From Candidatus Ozemobacteraceae bacterium (GTDB lineage: Bacteria; Muiribacteriota; Ozemobacteria; Ozemobacterales; Ozemobacteraceae): DNA of 64,000 nucleotides. The notes under the pieces were generated by a model. That model saw only the letters and a program-made list of their open reading frames with translations. It did no database searches and had not been told where the DNA came from. A program made the translations under genes and the position numbers. Of the stretch, positions 47,219-57,241 are shown piece by piece (within the stretch, counting starts at the first letter, position 1; each line of letters begins with the position of its first letter). The stretch covers positions 3,104,001-3,168,000 of the forward strand of contig OZ223236.1 in the NCBI GenBank assembly GCA_965140445.1, read 5' to 3'.

Positions 47219-48511
47219 CTATTTTTGAGCAAAGATTTTTACTTCAGATGGTTTCAATGGAAAATTAAGGGTTTGGGGAACCTCTTCAAGCTGGTTGTCC
47301 GGAGTGAGGTCAACGATATCGTCGCTTCCAATTACAGCCTTAATATCTTCTATATAAAGGTGCTGTGGGTTTTCCTTATCTTTGTTTAATGCCACGAATA
47401 CAGTTTTTTCACCATCTAAAGACCTTTTAAAGCAAAATACATTCATCCAATTTGGTTGATCAACTATTTCAAGGCCCGGTTCTGTGTTCAGCACTGGATA
47501 GGCCTTTTTTATGTCTGCGATTTTTTTGAGGAAGTTACTTAGGTCGATATCAGTTTCTTCCCACCAGGTTGGGTCTGTTTTTACAACATTAATTTGTTTG
47601 GTAAAACCATACTCAAAACCTAATGGAATCATATATCCCGGACTAAACATTGCTGAAAAAAGGATTTGTCGTTTAACTGCGTCCAAATTACCATTTAAGT
47701 CAGCTAATAATCTTGGGGTGTCGTGAGACTCAGGAAAAGCAATTGATGGAGTTAAACTACCAGTTGTATGATATTGCTCCATTGCCCAGGGTTCATTGAA
47801 ATCCCAATACTTTACAGAGTTAAATAAATAATCAAATCCAAGATTAGCCAATTCCTTAACTTGCTCGAAATCACAACCTAAAGATTCAGCAAGGAAAACA
47901 CATCCTTCCTTTTTCTCTCTTGAATTTTTAATTAGAAAATTCCAAAGTTCAGAAGGAACCTGATAGGCCATATCGCAGCGAAATCCGTCTATGCCAAGAT
48001 CTATGTAATAAGACATCATTTTCCACCAGAACTCCCATAAATTTTTACGGTCCGGTGATTCAAGATTATCTATTTCTGCCAGGTCACCCCATGAAACCCA
48101 TTTTCCGTCATGCATTGCGCCTGGATTTACTACTTCTCCGTTTTTATCAAGTTTATACCAGTCCGGGTGCTCCTGAACTAATACAGAATCAATTGCTGTA
48201 TGGTTAATAACCAGATCCATCAGACAAATTAATTTTCTGGAGTGGCATGCTTCAATAAATGATTTTAATTGGGATTTTGGACTTTTTGAAGATTCATTAT
48301 CTATAAACATAGGATTAAATTTATAGTAATCCTTTGGTGAGTAAAGGCTTCCGCTAAATCCTGCATAATGAAAAGGGTTAACCCAAACAGCGTTAAAGCC
48401 CATTTCCTTAATTCTATCAAGATGCTCTGTCCATGTTGTCATTCGGCCTAACAATCGAGGGAACAAATTATAGAGTCTGATACTCTCGCTTCCTAAAAGG
48501 GGATGTTTCAT
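47219..48511 (-). CDS. GH13 alpha-amylase family protein
   Basis: DLVINH, GFRCDMAY, FLAE, SHDT catalytic regions. Confidence 0.92.
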   Translation of the reverse strand: MKHPLLGSESIRLYNLFPRLLGRMTTWTEHLDRIKEMGFNAVWVNPFHYAGFSGSLYSPKDYYKFNPMFIDNESSKSPKSQLKSFIEACHSRKLICLMDLVINHTAIDSVLVQEHPDWYKLDKNGEVVNPGAMHDGKWVSWGDLAEIDNLESPDRKNLWEFWWKMMSYYIDLGIDGFRCDMAYQVPSELWNFLIKNSREKKEGCVFLAESLGCDFEQVKELANLGFDYLFNSVKYWDFNEPWAMEQYHTTGSLTPSIAFPESHDTPRLLADLNGNLDAVKRQILFSAMFSPGYMIPLGFEYGFTKQINVVKTDPTWWEETDIDLSNFLKKIADIKKAYPVLNTEPGLEIVDQPNWMNVFCFKRSLDGEKTVFVALNKDKENPQHLYIEDIKAVIGSDDIVDLTPDNQLEEVPQTLNFPLKPSEVKIFAQK

Positions 48512-48996
48512 TGACTTCCTCCTGGTATATTTTGTCTAAGCTCATGCAGAGCTTTGCCCATTTCATTTACTTCTTTTTCATCTACCGAACGGTAAAATTC
48601 CCATTCTTTAGATGTTTCAACTATTTTTAAAACATATAGCTTTTCATTGTTTTCTTCAATTGGAACAACCAAATAACTTTTCCAATCTTTATTGGATACT
48701 AAATTCTGAATATTTGGTTCTCTCATACTTTGGTAAAAGCATATCTTGTCGTTTTCATCGAGGTTTACTCTCATTTTTTGAAAGGTCAGGTTATGGCCCA
48801 GAAAAGCAAGAAAGACAAAAATAAGTAAGTTAAAAATCCATTCTCCCCAATTTTCTAATTTTATCCCATTATAAGCGGCAAACAAAATTGGAACCAGAAA
48901 ACCAACAACTATTAAAAGGGTTCCAACCGCCATTTCCCATATTGGATAGAAAGAGAAACCCACTGTTCTATTTTGAATAACTTCCCATCTGATCAT
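48508..48996 (-). CDS. Two-TM hypothetical protein
   Basis: 4-bp overlaps on both sides; two hydrophobic segments. Confidence 0.65.
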   Translation of the reverse strand: MIRWEVIQNRTVGFSFYPIWEMAVGTLLIVVGFLVPILFAAYNGIKLENWGEWIFNLLIFVFLAFLGHNLTFQKMRVNLDENDKICFYQSMREPNIQNLVSNKDWKSYLVVPIEENNEKLYVLKIVETSKEWEFYRSVDEKEVNEMGKALHELRQNIPGGSQ

Positions 48997-50714
48997 TTAA
49001 AATCACTCCTGATTGAAGCGTTCATAACCTGCCATTTTCCAAGATCTGCAACTAATGTTAACTCTTTACTAAGGGCTGCCTGAACCTTTGAAATATCCTT
49101 CTTTCGAATCAAAATTAATGTGTCTGAATCTACATATTTTTTCAAAGCAGTGTCTCCAAATAAAACACTTTGAGACGCTATTTCCGGATTAAATGCCGTT
49201 ATGCGAGACACGTTCCAGGTTGGGATAGTCTTGCCAGTGTAAAAATAGTATCCCTCTACCATTTCTTCTATATTTATGATCTTTTGATCTTTTGGAAGGG
49301 TGGAAAGGCGCTTGAGTGCAACGCTCTGACTTGGGAGATATTTACCTGGCTTTATCTCCTCATTGCCAATAATGTTTGGAATTGAAAATAGAATAAATCC
49401 TGGAGAGAAAAGGAAAAGAACCGAAATAACCCCCGCTTTGAATCCTTTTTTTACGTAAACCAGACCAGAAATTGCTATCAATAACCATAAAATTCCCACA
49501 AAGCCAGCGGCATTGGTTAAATTAACAGCTTTCAAATTTGCAGTTAAGCTCCAATAAGTCGCTGCAATACCAAAAACCAGGATTATGGAGAATAAAGCGT
49601 ATAGCTGGTTATTCCATGCTTTTGCTGCATCTTTTTTTGAGGATAAAAACCTTTTAAATTCTGTGCATGCAATTAATGCAACTGGAATCATGAGAGGCAA
49701 AACGTATGCAGCAAGTTTTGATTTACTTATTGAAAAGACAATTAAAGGGAAAATTAACCAGCCTAATAACATCACCTGATTAAAGTTTTTGTTTTTGATG
49801 TTTTTAAGTTGAATAAAAAGGGATTTAACAAAAAAAACTGTCCAGGGAAAAAGTCCAACCGGAAGCAATAAAAAATACATATAAAAAGGATTCGCTCGTT
49901 GGTGAGTATTACTTGCAACTCTTTTTAAGGTTTCTTCTATAACAAAATATGAAATTAATCCGGGAATCTTAAAGGCCAGGTAAAAATACCATCCCAAACC
50001 TACGAAAAGGAAGATCGCCCAACCGATTTTCATGGAAAACAATTTTTTTAACTGCTTATGAAAATTTAAATACAATCCTGCTGGTATAAGACCCAGAAGT
50101 GGGAGCAGCCCGGGAGGACCTTTTGTGAGCATTGCAAGTGCGGACATAAACCAAAATAGAAAAGCCCAGCTTTGTTTTTCCTTTTTGAGAAAGCCAAGAA
50201 ACCCTAAGACCATAAACGTTTCAAACATTGTTAGAAAAGGGTCGGTGGTTAATCCTCTAAATTGAATTTGAAAAAATAGTGAAGACATTAAAATAGTAGC
50301 TGCTATAAACCCTTCAATTCTGGAAAATAGCAAAGCTCCTATGAAGTAACAGCCAAGAATTGTTATAGCCCCAGCTACTGACAAAAAGAAACGAGCTCCG
50401 AATTCGTTTATGCCAAATAGCTTTAAACCTAAAGCCGTTATCCAATAAGTTAATGGCGGTTTGGTGAAGTGCTTTAAACCATTATGATGAGGAACAAGCC
50501 AATCACCTGAATCAACCATATAGCGAGCCACCGAGGCGTATCTTCCCTCTGATGTTTCAAACAATCCAGCGGTTCCTGCATGGTATACAAGGGTTAGAAA
50601 AGTTGTAATAAATAAAATCAGAATCAGATGATTTCTGGATTTTCTAACTACCTTCCGTATTAGTTTTAGAATTGCATTCATCCTCTTGTTGAACCCTTTG
50701 TTTTTCTTTATCAA
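48993..50714 (-). CDS. ArnT/PMT-like lipid-carrier-dependent glycosyltransferase
   Basis: EGRYA..M..SGDW..P, KPPLTYW, ARFF, LTKGP, SKSKLAAYVLP; multi-TM. Confidence 0.9.
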   Translation of the reverse strand: MIKKNKGFNKRMNAILKLIRKVVRKSRNHLILILFITTFLTLVYHAGTAGLFETSEGRYASVARYMVDSGDWLVPHHNGLKHFTKPPLTYWITALGLKLFGINEFGARFFLSVAGAITILGCYFIGALLFSRIEGFIAATILMSSLFFQIQFRGLTTDPFLTMFETFMVLGFLGFLKKEKQSWAFLFWFMSALAMLTKGPPGLLPLLGLIPAGLYLNFHKQLKKLFSMKIGWAIFLFVGLGWYFYLAFKIPGLISYFVIEETLKRVASNTHQRANPFYMYFLLLPVGLFPWTVFFVKSLFIQLKNIKNKNFNQVMLLGWLIFPLIVFSISKSKLAAYVLPLMIPVALIACTEFKRFLSSKKDAAKAWNNQLYALFSIILVFGIAATYWSLTANLKAVNLTNAAGFVGILWLLIAISGLVYVKKGFKAGVISVLFLFSPGFILFSIPNIIGNEEIKPGKYLPSQSVALKRLSTLPKDQKIINIEEMVEGYYFYTGKTIPTWNVSRITAFNPEIASQSVLFGDTALKKYVDSDTLILIRKKDISKVQAALSKELTLVADLGKWQVMNASIRSDFK

Positions 50715-50964
50715 TTAAAACCAAATTTCTAATGTAAATTACAAATCCCATTGATTGTCCCAGAATAAAAACGGGATCCTTCCTGTGAAGAGCATAGGCA
50801 AGCAACAAAAAAGACCCGCCCAGACTGAAATACCAGAAGGAAATCGGGATAACACTTTTTTTCTTTTTTTCAGAGGCCATCCATTGAACTAAAAATCTTA
50901 ACGAAAAAAGAATTTGCCCCGCAAAGCCTATAATTAACCAAATATCCAGGTTAAATTTGTTCAC
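50644..50964 (-). CDS. Lipid A biosynthesis N-terminal (LAB_N) domain protein
   Basis: GFAGQILFSLRFLVQW.ASEK, FWYFSL.G, KDPVFILGQ, IYIRNL. Confidence 0.9.
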   Translation of the reverse strand: MNKFNLDIWLIIGFAGQILFSLRFLVQWMASEKKKKSVIPISFWYFSLGGSFLLLAYALHRKDPVFILGQSMGFVIYIRNLVLIDKEKQRVQQEDECNSKTNTEGS

Positions 50965-51709
50965 CGATTTGATACCTCAGTTTTCGCCATTTCATCCATC
51001 TAATGGCTAATAGGTCGAAAAAAGAACGCCAAACCCTATTCCAGACATTGTATTTCGAGAGGCCTTTTGTGCGAGGGTGGTGACTAACCTTTACCTCGGC
51101 AACCTTGCCTCCTTCCATTTTTACAAGAGTTGGAAGGAATCTATGCAAACCTTCAAATAGTTGAATTGGTTTAATAATATCAGCTTTAAATGCTTTTAGA
51201 GAGCAACCAGTATCCTGTATGGTCTCGTTACTAACCATATTTCTTATCCAATTAGCAGATCTGGAAGATAGTCTTCTGATAAGGTTATCGTTTCTTTTTA
51301 CTCTCCATCCTACAGCGGCATCGTATCCTTCTTCAATTTTCTGCAATAAAAGAGGGATGTCAGCTGGATCGTTTTGCAAATCTGCATCCAGGGTTATAAT
51401 AATTTCACCAAAAGCTTCCTGAATTCCAGCAGCCATAGCGGCTGTCTGACCGTTGTTCTGGCTGAATTTTATTCCGCGCAGAAATGGACAAGCTTTTTTT
51501 AATTCACGAATTTTCTCAAAGCTTCCGTCTGTGGAGCCATCATCTACAAGCAATAATTCCCACTTTTTGCCAATAGAATTCATTACCACTTCAACTTTAT
51601 TTACAAGCTCTTCAATATTATCGACTTCATTGTAAACAGGGATTGCAATGCTGTAGAAAACTTTTGTCATTAAATATTTCCCGTAATTAGATTCATGAGA
51701 GTCTAACAT
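50951..51709 (-). CDS. GT2 polyprenyl-phosphate glycosyltransferase (ArnC/DPM-like)
   Basis: IPVYNE, VDDGSTD, LDADLQNDP, DTGCSLK, HRFLP. Confidence 0.92.
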   Translation of the reverse strand: MLDSHESNYGKYLMTKVFYSIAIPVYNEVDNIEELVNKVEVVMNSIGKKWELLLVDDGSTDGSFEKIRELKKACPFLRGIKFSQNNGQTAAMAAGIQEAFGEIIITLDADLQNDPADIPLLLQKIEEGYDAAVGWRVKRNDNLIRRLSSRSANWIRNMVSNETIQDTGCSLKAFKADIIKPIQLFEGLHRFLPTLVKMEGGKVAEVKVSHHPRTKGLSKYNVWNRVWRSFFDLLAIRWMKWRKLRYQIGEQI

Positions 51710-51795
51710 AAAAATAGCATTAAAAAAACCTTAAAATATGGTTAAGACAAACTAACTAACCTGTTTTAAAGATGTTTAAATTAGAAAGGAAAAAT

Positions 51796-51838
51796 AAAAA
51801 AGACTCCTCCAAAAAAATCTGAAGGAGTCCTTATTTTT
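51796..51838 (-). terminator. Probable intrinsic terminator
   Basis: GACTCCT...AGGAGTC stem flanked by A/T tracts. Confidence 0.6.
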
Positions 51839-51845
51839 AAAAGAA

Positions 51846-53126
51846 TTAGGCGGTTAAAGCTTTTCTAACCTCGTCCATTCCATCCATTCTATACGCGCCT
51901 TTGTAATATTGATATTTTTCTGGAGGAAGAATGCTTTCCTGAGCGGTGTCGCCCATTTGAATAACTTTGATGTTTCCATGTTTATCGATTCCTTTATAAA
52001 TCATGGAATGACCATACCGGTTGTGCCCATAATCCAAAAGAATCATGTCGCCAGGTCGAATATCTGGTGGTGGAGGCGGTTTATACCCAGGATTAATGGC
52101 TTTGGTATATTTTTCAGACCACAATCCGCTCGTGGATGTTCGTCCAGAGGTTATAGGGTATTTTACACCGGCTTCCTTAAAAGCATTTTTTTGAACCATT
52201 TGAACAAAGCCACTGCAATCTATTCCAGCAATGCCCTGAAATTCATTGTAAGCCGTTTTTGATCGCCATTTCCAGGTATTAATATCCACATACTTTTCAT
52301 AGTATTCACCTGAATTAAGGCCAAGTCGATTTCCTTCGGCTTTTTTCTTTTTATAGGTTTCAATATCATCGAAGCCACCAAACTTAAAAACTATTGGTTC
52401 GTCAATATACGGAGCTGCAATCTCATCAATTTTCTTCTGGAAAACCATATCTTCAAGGTATTTTTCCATTGAGGAAAGAATCTTGGCAGCTTCATCAGCC
52501 TTTCCTAATTTATTCAAGCACTTTGCCTGCAAGAAATAGCTTTCAAAGGGGTTGCCTGATGATTTTCTTGCATATTTGAGTGCTTTTTCATAATCACCTT
52601 TCAAATATGCTTTATTGGCACGTTTTAAGTAATACCAAAACGGAAATTTGGAATAATCAAACAGATCATCCCCAAGATGTCTTTCCCAACGATCAAATTG
52701 CTTTTCATTTTCAAGGGCAACTGACGTAGGTGCAGAAGGTTGGTTTGCAGAATTATCTGCGACATTTTCTGTTGAACCCAGATTCTTCAGAAGCTTATTA
52801 TATACCCAACCTACAACTCCGTTTCCAAAGTCTATTTGGGTCCAGCCATAACTTTCCTGAAGTTTAATCCCCTTTGTTCCATTGGGAAGGGTTTTTATAA
52901 CTGAATTTCCTGTTCCAGGACCGCTTCTAACATTAACCCATGAGCCATCTATAGCCATCTCAGTAACTGATGAAACGCTAAATGGGCTATCAGATTCCTG
53001 AGGGGTTGAGATGGTTTGACCATCTTCAAATGGATTTGTTTGTCCAGCAACATAAGAGGGTGTGCAAAGCATCAATGCCAACCCTAAAATAGGGACTAAC
53101 GGCTTAAACAACTTATTCATATGCAC
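51846..53126 (-). CDS. Exported SH3b, TPR and NlpC/P60 peptidoglycan hydrolase
   Basis: VNVRSGPGT..GWV; GIDCSGFV, PGDMILL, GHSMIY. Confidence 0.82.
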   Translation of the reverse strand: MHMNKLFKPLVPILGLALMLCTPSYVAGQTNPFEDGQTISTPQESDSPFSVSSVTEMAIDGSWVNVRSGPGTGNSVIKTLPNGTKGIKLQESYGWTQIDFGNGVVGWVYNKLLKNLGSTENVADNSANQPSAPTSVALENEKQFDRWERHLGDDLFDYSKFPFWYYLKRANKAYLKGDYEKALKYARKSSGNPFESYFLQAKCLNKLGKADEAAKILSSMEKYLEDMVFQKKIDEIAAPYIDEPIVFKFGGFDDIETYKKKKAEGNRLGLNSGEYYEKYVDINTWKWRSKTAYNEFQGIAGIDCSGFVQMVQKNAFKEAGVKYPITSGRTSTSGLWSEKYTKAINPGYKPPPPPDIRPGDMILLDYGHNRYGHSMIYKGIDKHGNIKVIQMGDTAQESILPPEKYQYYKGAYRMDGMDEVRKALTA

Positions 53127-53182
53127 CAGCCTTATTTAAAATATATTATTAATTATACTAAAAATTTAAACTAACCATAAGG

Positions 53183-54121
53183 CTAGTTTATAAAATTAGC
53201 GGGGATTCTAATAACTTTCCAACCAGCTTTTGGATTACCTGTAAATGTGAAAAAATAACCATCCCTGATTTTCCAGGCATTTGAAAGAAAGGGGCCTGTT
53301 AAAATGGGTAAGCCTTGATGCTTAAGATTGCCCGAATTTTTATCTAACAAATATGCTGAATAAAAATTTGGATTTCCCGAATCTATTGAAGTCAACACGG
53401 GATTTCCGTCAAAAAATCCGCATAGTTTGCTATATAAAATTCTTAGTTCTGGAGAAACTTCAAACAGATAATACATTTCAGGTTGTTCTAATCTTACGGA
53501 AAGATCACATGAAATTATCAGTCTATTGTTTTCTGCAAGGTTAAATTGCGTTCCATATAATGTGGTTCCTGTGCTGATAGCTTCCAGGGCTCCTGAAGGA
53601 TGTTTCTGGGTTACTCCATTTTTGTAAAACCAGATTCCATTTCCGGATTCTTCTACAACAAAGGAATCTGTTGCTAAAATAGAGATTCTTCCTGGATTTT
53701 TAAAAGGGATTGGAACAAAACGATTTGATGTACCGGTTTTTTTGTCTAAAATTTGAATTCCCTTCTTATCTCCATTTATTACAAGAAATACACTATTGTC
53801 ATTTACTGCAAGCTCTCCGCACATGCTTGATTCAATTTTGAAGTTTGATATCAATTTCCCATTTTTAAAAAATTTTAAGCTCTGGTTAATGGAATCTGAA
53901 ATCCATATATCTTCTTTGTTAAAGATGTCTAATCCACCGATACAAGTAAATGGAGCTAAAGGCATTACCCCAGGAGAAGGGAAATTTATTCCAATTTCAT
54001 TCAAATTTTTTCCCCAACCACCTTTTAAAAGAGTTTCGGCTTTAATTTCCTTTGAAAATAGAGTGTTTGAAGGGAAAGTAAGGGCACAAATTAATATAAA
54101 GAAAAGAAATCTTAGTTTCAT
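53183..54121 (-). CDS. Exported hypothetical protein, probable beta-propeller
   Basis: Signal peptide after GGAGG; IWISDSIN NHL-like blade; ORF open from 54139. Confidence 0.6.
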   Translation of the reverse strand: MKLRFLFFILICALTFPSNTLFSKEIKAETLLKGGWGKNLNEIGINFPSPGVMPLAPFTCIGGLDIFNKEDIWISDSINQSLKFFKNGKLISNFKIESSMCGELAVNDNSVFLVINGDKKGIQILDKKTGTSNRFVPIPFKNPGRISILATDSFVVEESGNGIWFYKNGVTQKHPSGALEAISTGTTLYGTQFNLAENNRLIISCDLSVRLEQPEMYYLFEVSPELRILYSKLCGFFDGNPVLTSIDSGNPNFYSAYLLDKNSGNLKHQGLPILTGPFLSNAWKIRDGYFFTFTGNPKAGWKVIRIPANFIN

Positions 54122-54149
54122 AATTCCTCCAGCTAACACGTGTTTGCTC

Positions 54150-54210
54150 AGAATAAGTTATCTGAATGTAACTGTCAAACATTGACTTAATGGGTAAAGA
54201 GCTCTAAGAT
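54150..54210. promoter_or_regulatory. Back-to-back sigma70 promoters
   Basis: Minus: TTGACA(54178-54173)-17-TATTCT; plus: TTGACT(54182)-17-TAAGAT. Confidence 0.6.
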
Positions 54211-54223
54211 AGTCAACCTGAAT

Positions 54224-55180
54224 ATGAAAAAAAATTTTAAATACCTTCGAGTTTCAGTTACCGATCGTTGCAACTTTCGCTGTATTTATTGCATGCCAGA
54301 ACCTGGCGTTAAAAAGTGTTCTCATGATGAAATTCTTCGTTATGAAGAAATTTTGAGAATTACAGAGGCTACGTTGCAATGTGGTGTTGAGCAGGTAAGA
54401 ATTACAGGTGGAGAGCCACTTGTCAGATCAGGGCTGTCGGATTTTGTGAAGCAGCTGGCAGCTTTTCCCGAGATAAAAGATATAGCTCTCACAACAAACG
54501 GAGCACTGCTTCCTAAAATGGCTCAAGATCTAAAGAAATCTGGTTTGAGCAGAGTAAATATCAGCCTGGATTCACTGGACTCTGATTGTTTTTCAAAAAT
54601 AACCCGCCTCGGGAACTTGTCTCAGGTGTTAGAAGGAATTGATGCGGCTTTAGAAGCAGGTTTGAAACCGGTAAAAATCAATGTTGTTTTGCTTCCGGGA
54701 ATTAATGATCAGGAAATTAACAGTTTTGTGGAGTTTGCTGCAAAAAAAGATGTATGGGTGCGATTCATAGAAAAGATGCCATTTGAAGGTGGAGAAAATT
54801 GCACTGGAGAAAAGGAAACATTTGTTTCGGAAAATGAGGTTCTTAATGAAATCTCAAAATTTTATGAACTGATTCCCTTGGATAAAAATACCCATGGTCC
54901 ATCTAGTGAATTTAAAATTAAGAATGGTTTGGGGGGAATTGGTTTTATTAGTTCGCGGACCCACCCATTTTGTAGTGATTGTAGCCGCTTGCGATTAACC
55001 GCAAATGGTTTTTTGTTGCCATGTTTAGATGCTGATTATGGAATCAAGGTAAAAGACATGCCAAAATCTGATATTATAGAAGTCATAAATAAACTAGCTG
55101 AGGAAAAGGGTGCCTGGAAAAAGTGTCAGGCCACATACCAGGAAACCTTTAACTCATCCCTTTCAAAAATCGGTGGTTAG
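54224..55180 (+). CDS. moaA: GTP 3',8-cyclase MoaA
   Basis: YLRVSVTDRCNFRCIYCMP, RITGGEPL, FCSDCSRLRL, C-terminal IGG. Confidence 0.96.
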   Translation: MKKNFKYLRVSVTDRCNFRCIYCMPEPGVKKCSHDEILRYEEILRITEATLQCGVEQVRITGGEPLVRSGLSDFVKQLAAFPEIKDIALTTNGALLPKMAQDLKKSGLSRVNISLDSLDSDCFSKITRLGNLSQVLEGIDAALEAGLKPVKINVVLLPGINDQEINSFVEFAAKKDVWVRFIEKMPFEGGENCTGEKETFVSENEVLNEISKFYELIPLDKNTHGPSSEFKIKNGLGGIGFISSRTHPFCSDCSRLRLTANGFLLPCLDADYGIKVKDMPKSDIIEVINKLAEEKGAWKKCQATYQETFNSSLSKIGG

Positions 55181-55198
55181 ACAGTTTAAGGAGTTAAG

Positions 55199-56155
55199 AT
55201 GCCCAAAAAAATCCAATATAGTCTAGGAATTGATCTAGGCGGAACCAAAATAGCGGTAGGATTGTGCCAGAATGGCGAGATTATTAAGAAAACAATTTTT
55301 CCAACCAGACCTGCAGCAGGCTTTGATGGAGTTGTAAATGTCATCGTAGAAGCGGCTGAAAAAGTAATGGAAGGAATAGACAGGAAAAAAATCCTTGGAG
55401 CAGGAATAGGCTCTGCAGGGCAGATTGATGCAGAAACCGGTGATGTTATTTATTCACCAAATTTAAACTGGAAAAATGCCCCGTTAGGCAAAACAGTAGA
55501 AGAAAGATTGAAAATGCCCGTAAAGGTTTTAAATGACGTCAGGGCTGCTACGGTTGCAGAACAAAAATACGGAAATGGCAAAGGGCATAATAGTTTTGTA
55601 AATATTTTTGTGGGAACTGGGGTTGGCTCTGGGATGGTTATTAATGGCCAACTTGTAAATGGTTCAACAAATACTGCAGGAGAAATCGGACATATTTGCC
55701 TTGATTCTCATGGCCCAGAGTGCGGTTGTGGGAAAAAAGGTTGCCTGGAAGCCTATGCTTCAGGCACAGGAATGGAAAACTATGTTAAAGCTTCTTTGCT
55801 TAAAGGAATTCCGAGCCTGATTTCAGATTATGTTGAAGGCAATATTGATAATGTTACCGGACCAATAATTGGAAAGGCAGCCGAAAACGGCGATAGACTT
55901 GCTCTTAAAGCAATTAAAAGAGTAGGCAAATATCTCGGAATTACAATTGCTAACCTTCATACAATGATTAACCCGGATGTAATTTTACTTGGCGGTGGAA
56001 TGATGGCATTAAAACCATTTTTCGCAGAAGAGTTGGCTGCTACAGTTAATGAATTAATCCTGCCAGTAGCTGGTTCGGGCGAAAGAGTTTTGTATCAGGA
56101 AGCAAAATTTGAAAATGATGCAGTATTGTTAGGAGGAGCGGCTATTTTTGCATGA
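55199..56155 (+). CDS. ROK family sugar kinase (glucokinase-like)
   Basis: GIDLGGTK, NDVRAA, GTGVGSG, GEIGH, CGCGKKGCLEA. Confidence 0.93.
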   Translation: MPKKIQYSLGIDLGGTKIAVGLCQNGEIIKKTIFPTRPAAGFDGVVNVIVEAAEKVMEGIDRKKILGAGIGSAGQIDAETGDVIYSPNLNWKNAPLGKTVEERLKMPVKVLNDVRAATVAEQKYGNGKGHNSFVNIFVGTGVGSGMVINGQLVNGSTNTAGEIGHICLDSHGPECGCGKKGCLEAYASGTGMENYVKASLLKGIPSLISDYVEGNIDNVTGPIIGKAAENGDRLALKAIKRVGKYLGITIANLHTMINPDVILLGGGMMALKPFFAEELAATVNELILPVAGSGERVLYQEAKFENDAVLLGGAAIFA

Positions 56156-57081
56156 GAAGTCCCCTTTATCCGATAAAATTGAAATTTGAGGAAGCTAGAA
56201 AACTCAAATGGGCTGAAAAGCCTGAAAATAAAGATTTTTTTAATCACCTTAAAAATTCAGCATTAGAGTTTCCAAGTCTTATTTTTGGTTCGTCTGCAGA
56301 TAAAGACTGTATTGATGTTTCAATAATTATTGCGGATGAACTGCTAAGCATTGGTTTAAATGTTTTTTTATGCCCTGATCCAGTTCCTATAGTGTCCTTA
56401 GCCCAATCCATTGGCGTTCGGAATATGCCTTTGGGGCTGTATCTGAGAAAGTCGGATGACGACCTTTTCGAGTTGATTTCAGTTACAAATCATGGTGGCC
56501 CCCTGGATATAAAAGATGTAAAGGCGGAAATGCCGAAGCTTGTAGATAGAACCGGGGTTATTGGACACACAGAAGTTAATCCGATCTATGTCAAAAGCTT
56601 AAAAGAACTGGCAGACCCTTTCATAGGTAAGGGGAGGGGATTTTCCGCATTAGAAAGTCCCTTTAAAAAACTGAACCTGGAACTAAAAAAAATACTTGAA
56701 CTGGAAAACCTATTCGAAATTGATCCCGAAGGCCCAAAAGTTGTTATTTCAGAAGATGGGCAAAAAATCAAAGTTGTTAAAACAGATGGTAGCGAAGTAT
56801 CCCCGGAAGAAATTACCTATCAAATTGCTAACTATCTCCACCGTGAAAGAATGGCAAGCGGGACTATAGTTGGCCCAACAGGAAAGGTTAAAGGAATTCC
56901 AGAAGGAATCGGTGAAATTCTTGAAATAGAAGGAAGCTGTTTTGATATGAACTATCATGCTGGGTTTGCTGATCTTCTTATTGGATGGTGGGAAGACGGC
57001 ACAATTGCCCATCAAGGAAGCGGATGTTTCGGAGATGCCTATCTAAGTGCAATTTACCTTCTTGAAGCCTGGCGCAGTTAG
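56152..57081 (+). CDS. Degenerate phosphohexomutase (PGM/PMM domains I-III)-like protein
   Basis: GLNVFL..PVP, HGGP, ISEDGQKI, GWWEDG, GDAYLSAIYLLE occur in PGM motif order; catalytic motifs altered. Confidence 0.55.
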   Translation: MRSPLYPIKLKFEEARKLKWAEKPENKDFFNHLKNSALEFPSLIFGSSADKDCIDVSIIIADELLSIGLNVFLCPDPVPIVSLAQSIGVRNMPLGLYLRKSDDDLFELISVTNHGGPLDIKDVKAEMPKLVDRTGVIGHTEVNPIYVKSLKELADPFIGKGRGFSALESPFKKLNLELKKILELENLFEIDPEGPKVVISEDGQKIKVVKTDGSEVSPEEITYQIANYLHRERMASGTIVGPTGKVKGIPEGIGEILEIEGSCFDMNYHAGFADLLIGWWEDGTIAHQGSGCFGDAYLSAIYLLEAWRS

Positions 57082-57202
57082 TAATTTAAATAGAACAGGC
57101 CAATTCGTTGAATCTTGCCATTTTGAAGTTGCTAATTTGTCAATTTATGGACAAATTGTTTGGTGAAAAGGGCTCTTAGTAGGGCACAAAAGACAACAAA
57201 AT

Positions 57203-57228
57203 AAAAAAGCCCACCGAAGTGGGCTTTT
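57203..57228. terminator. Intrinsic terminator between convergent genes
   Basis: AAAAGCCCAC-cgaa-GTGGGCTTTT. Confidence 0.85.
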
Positions 57229-57241
57229 GGACAAATGACTT

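Noticed and set aside
54140..54223. Moco riboswitch upstream of moaA
   Set aside because: Intergenic space is filled by two promoters and the leader is too short
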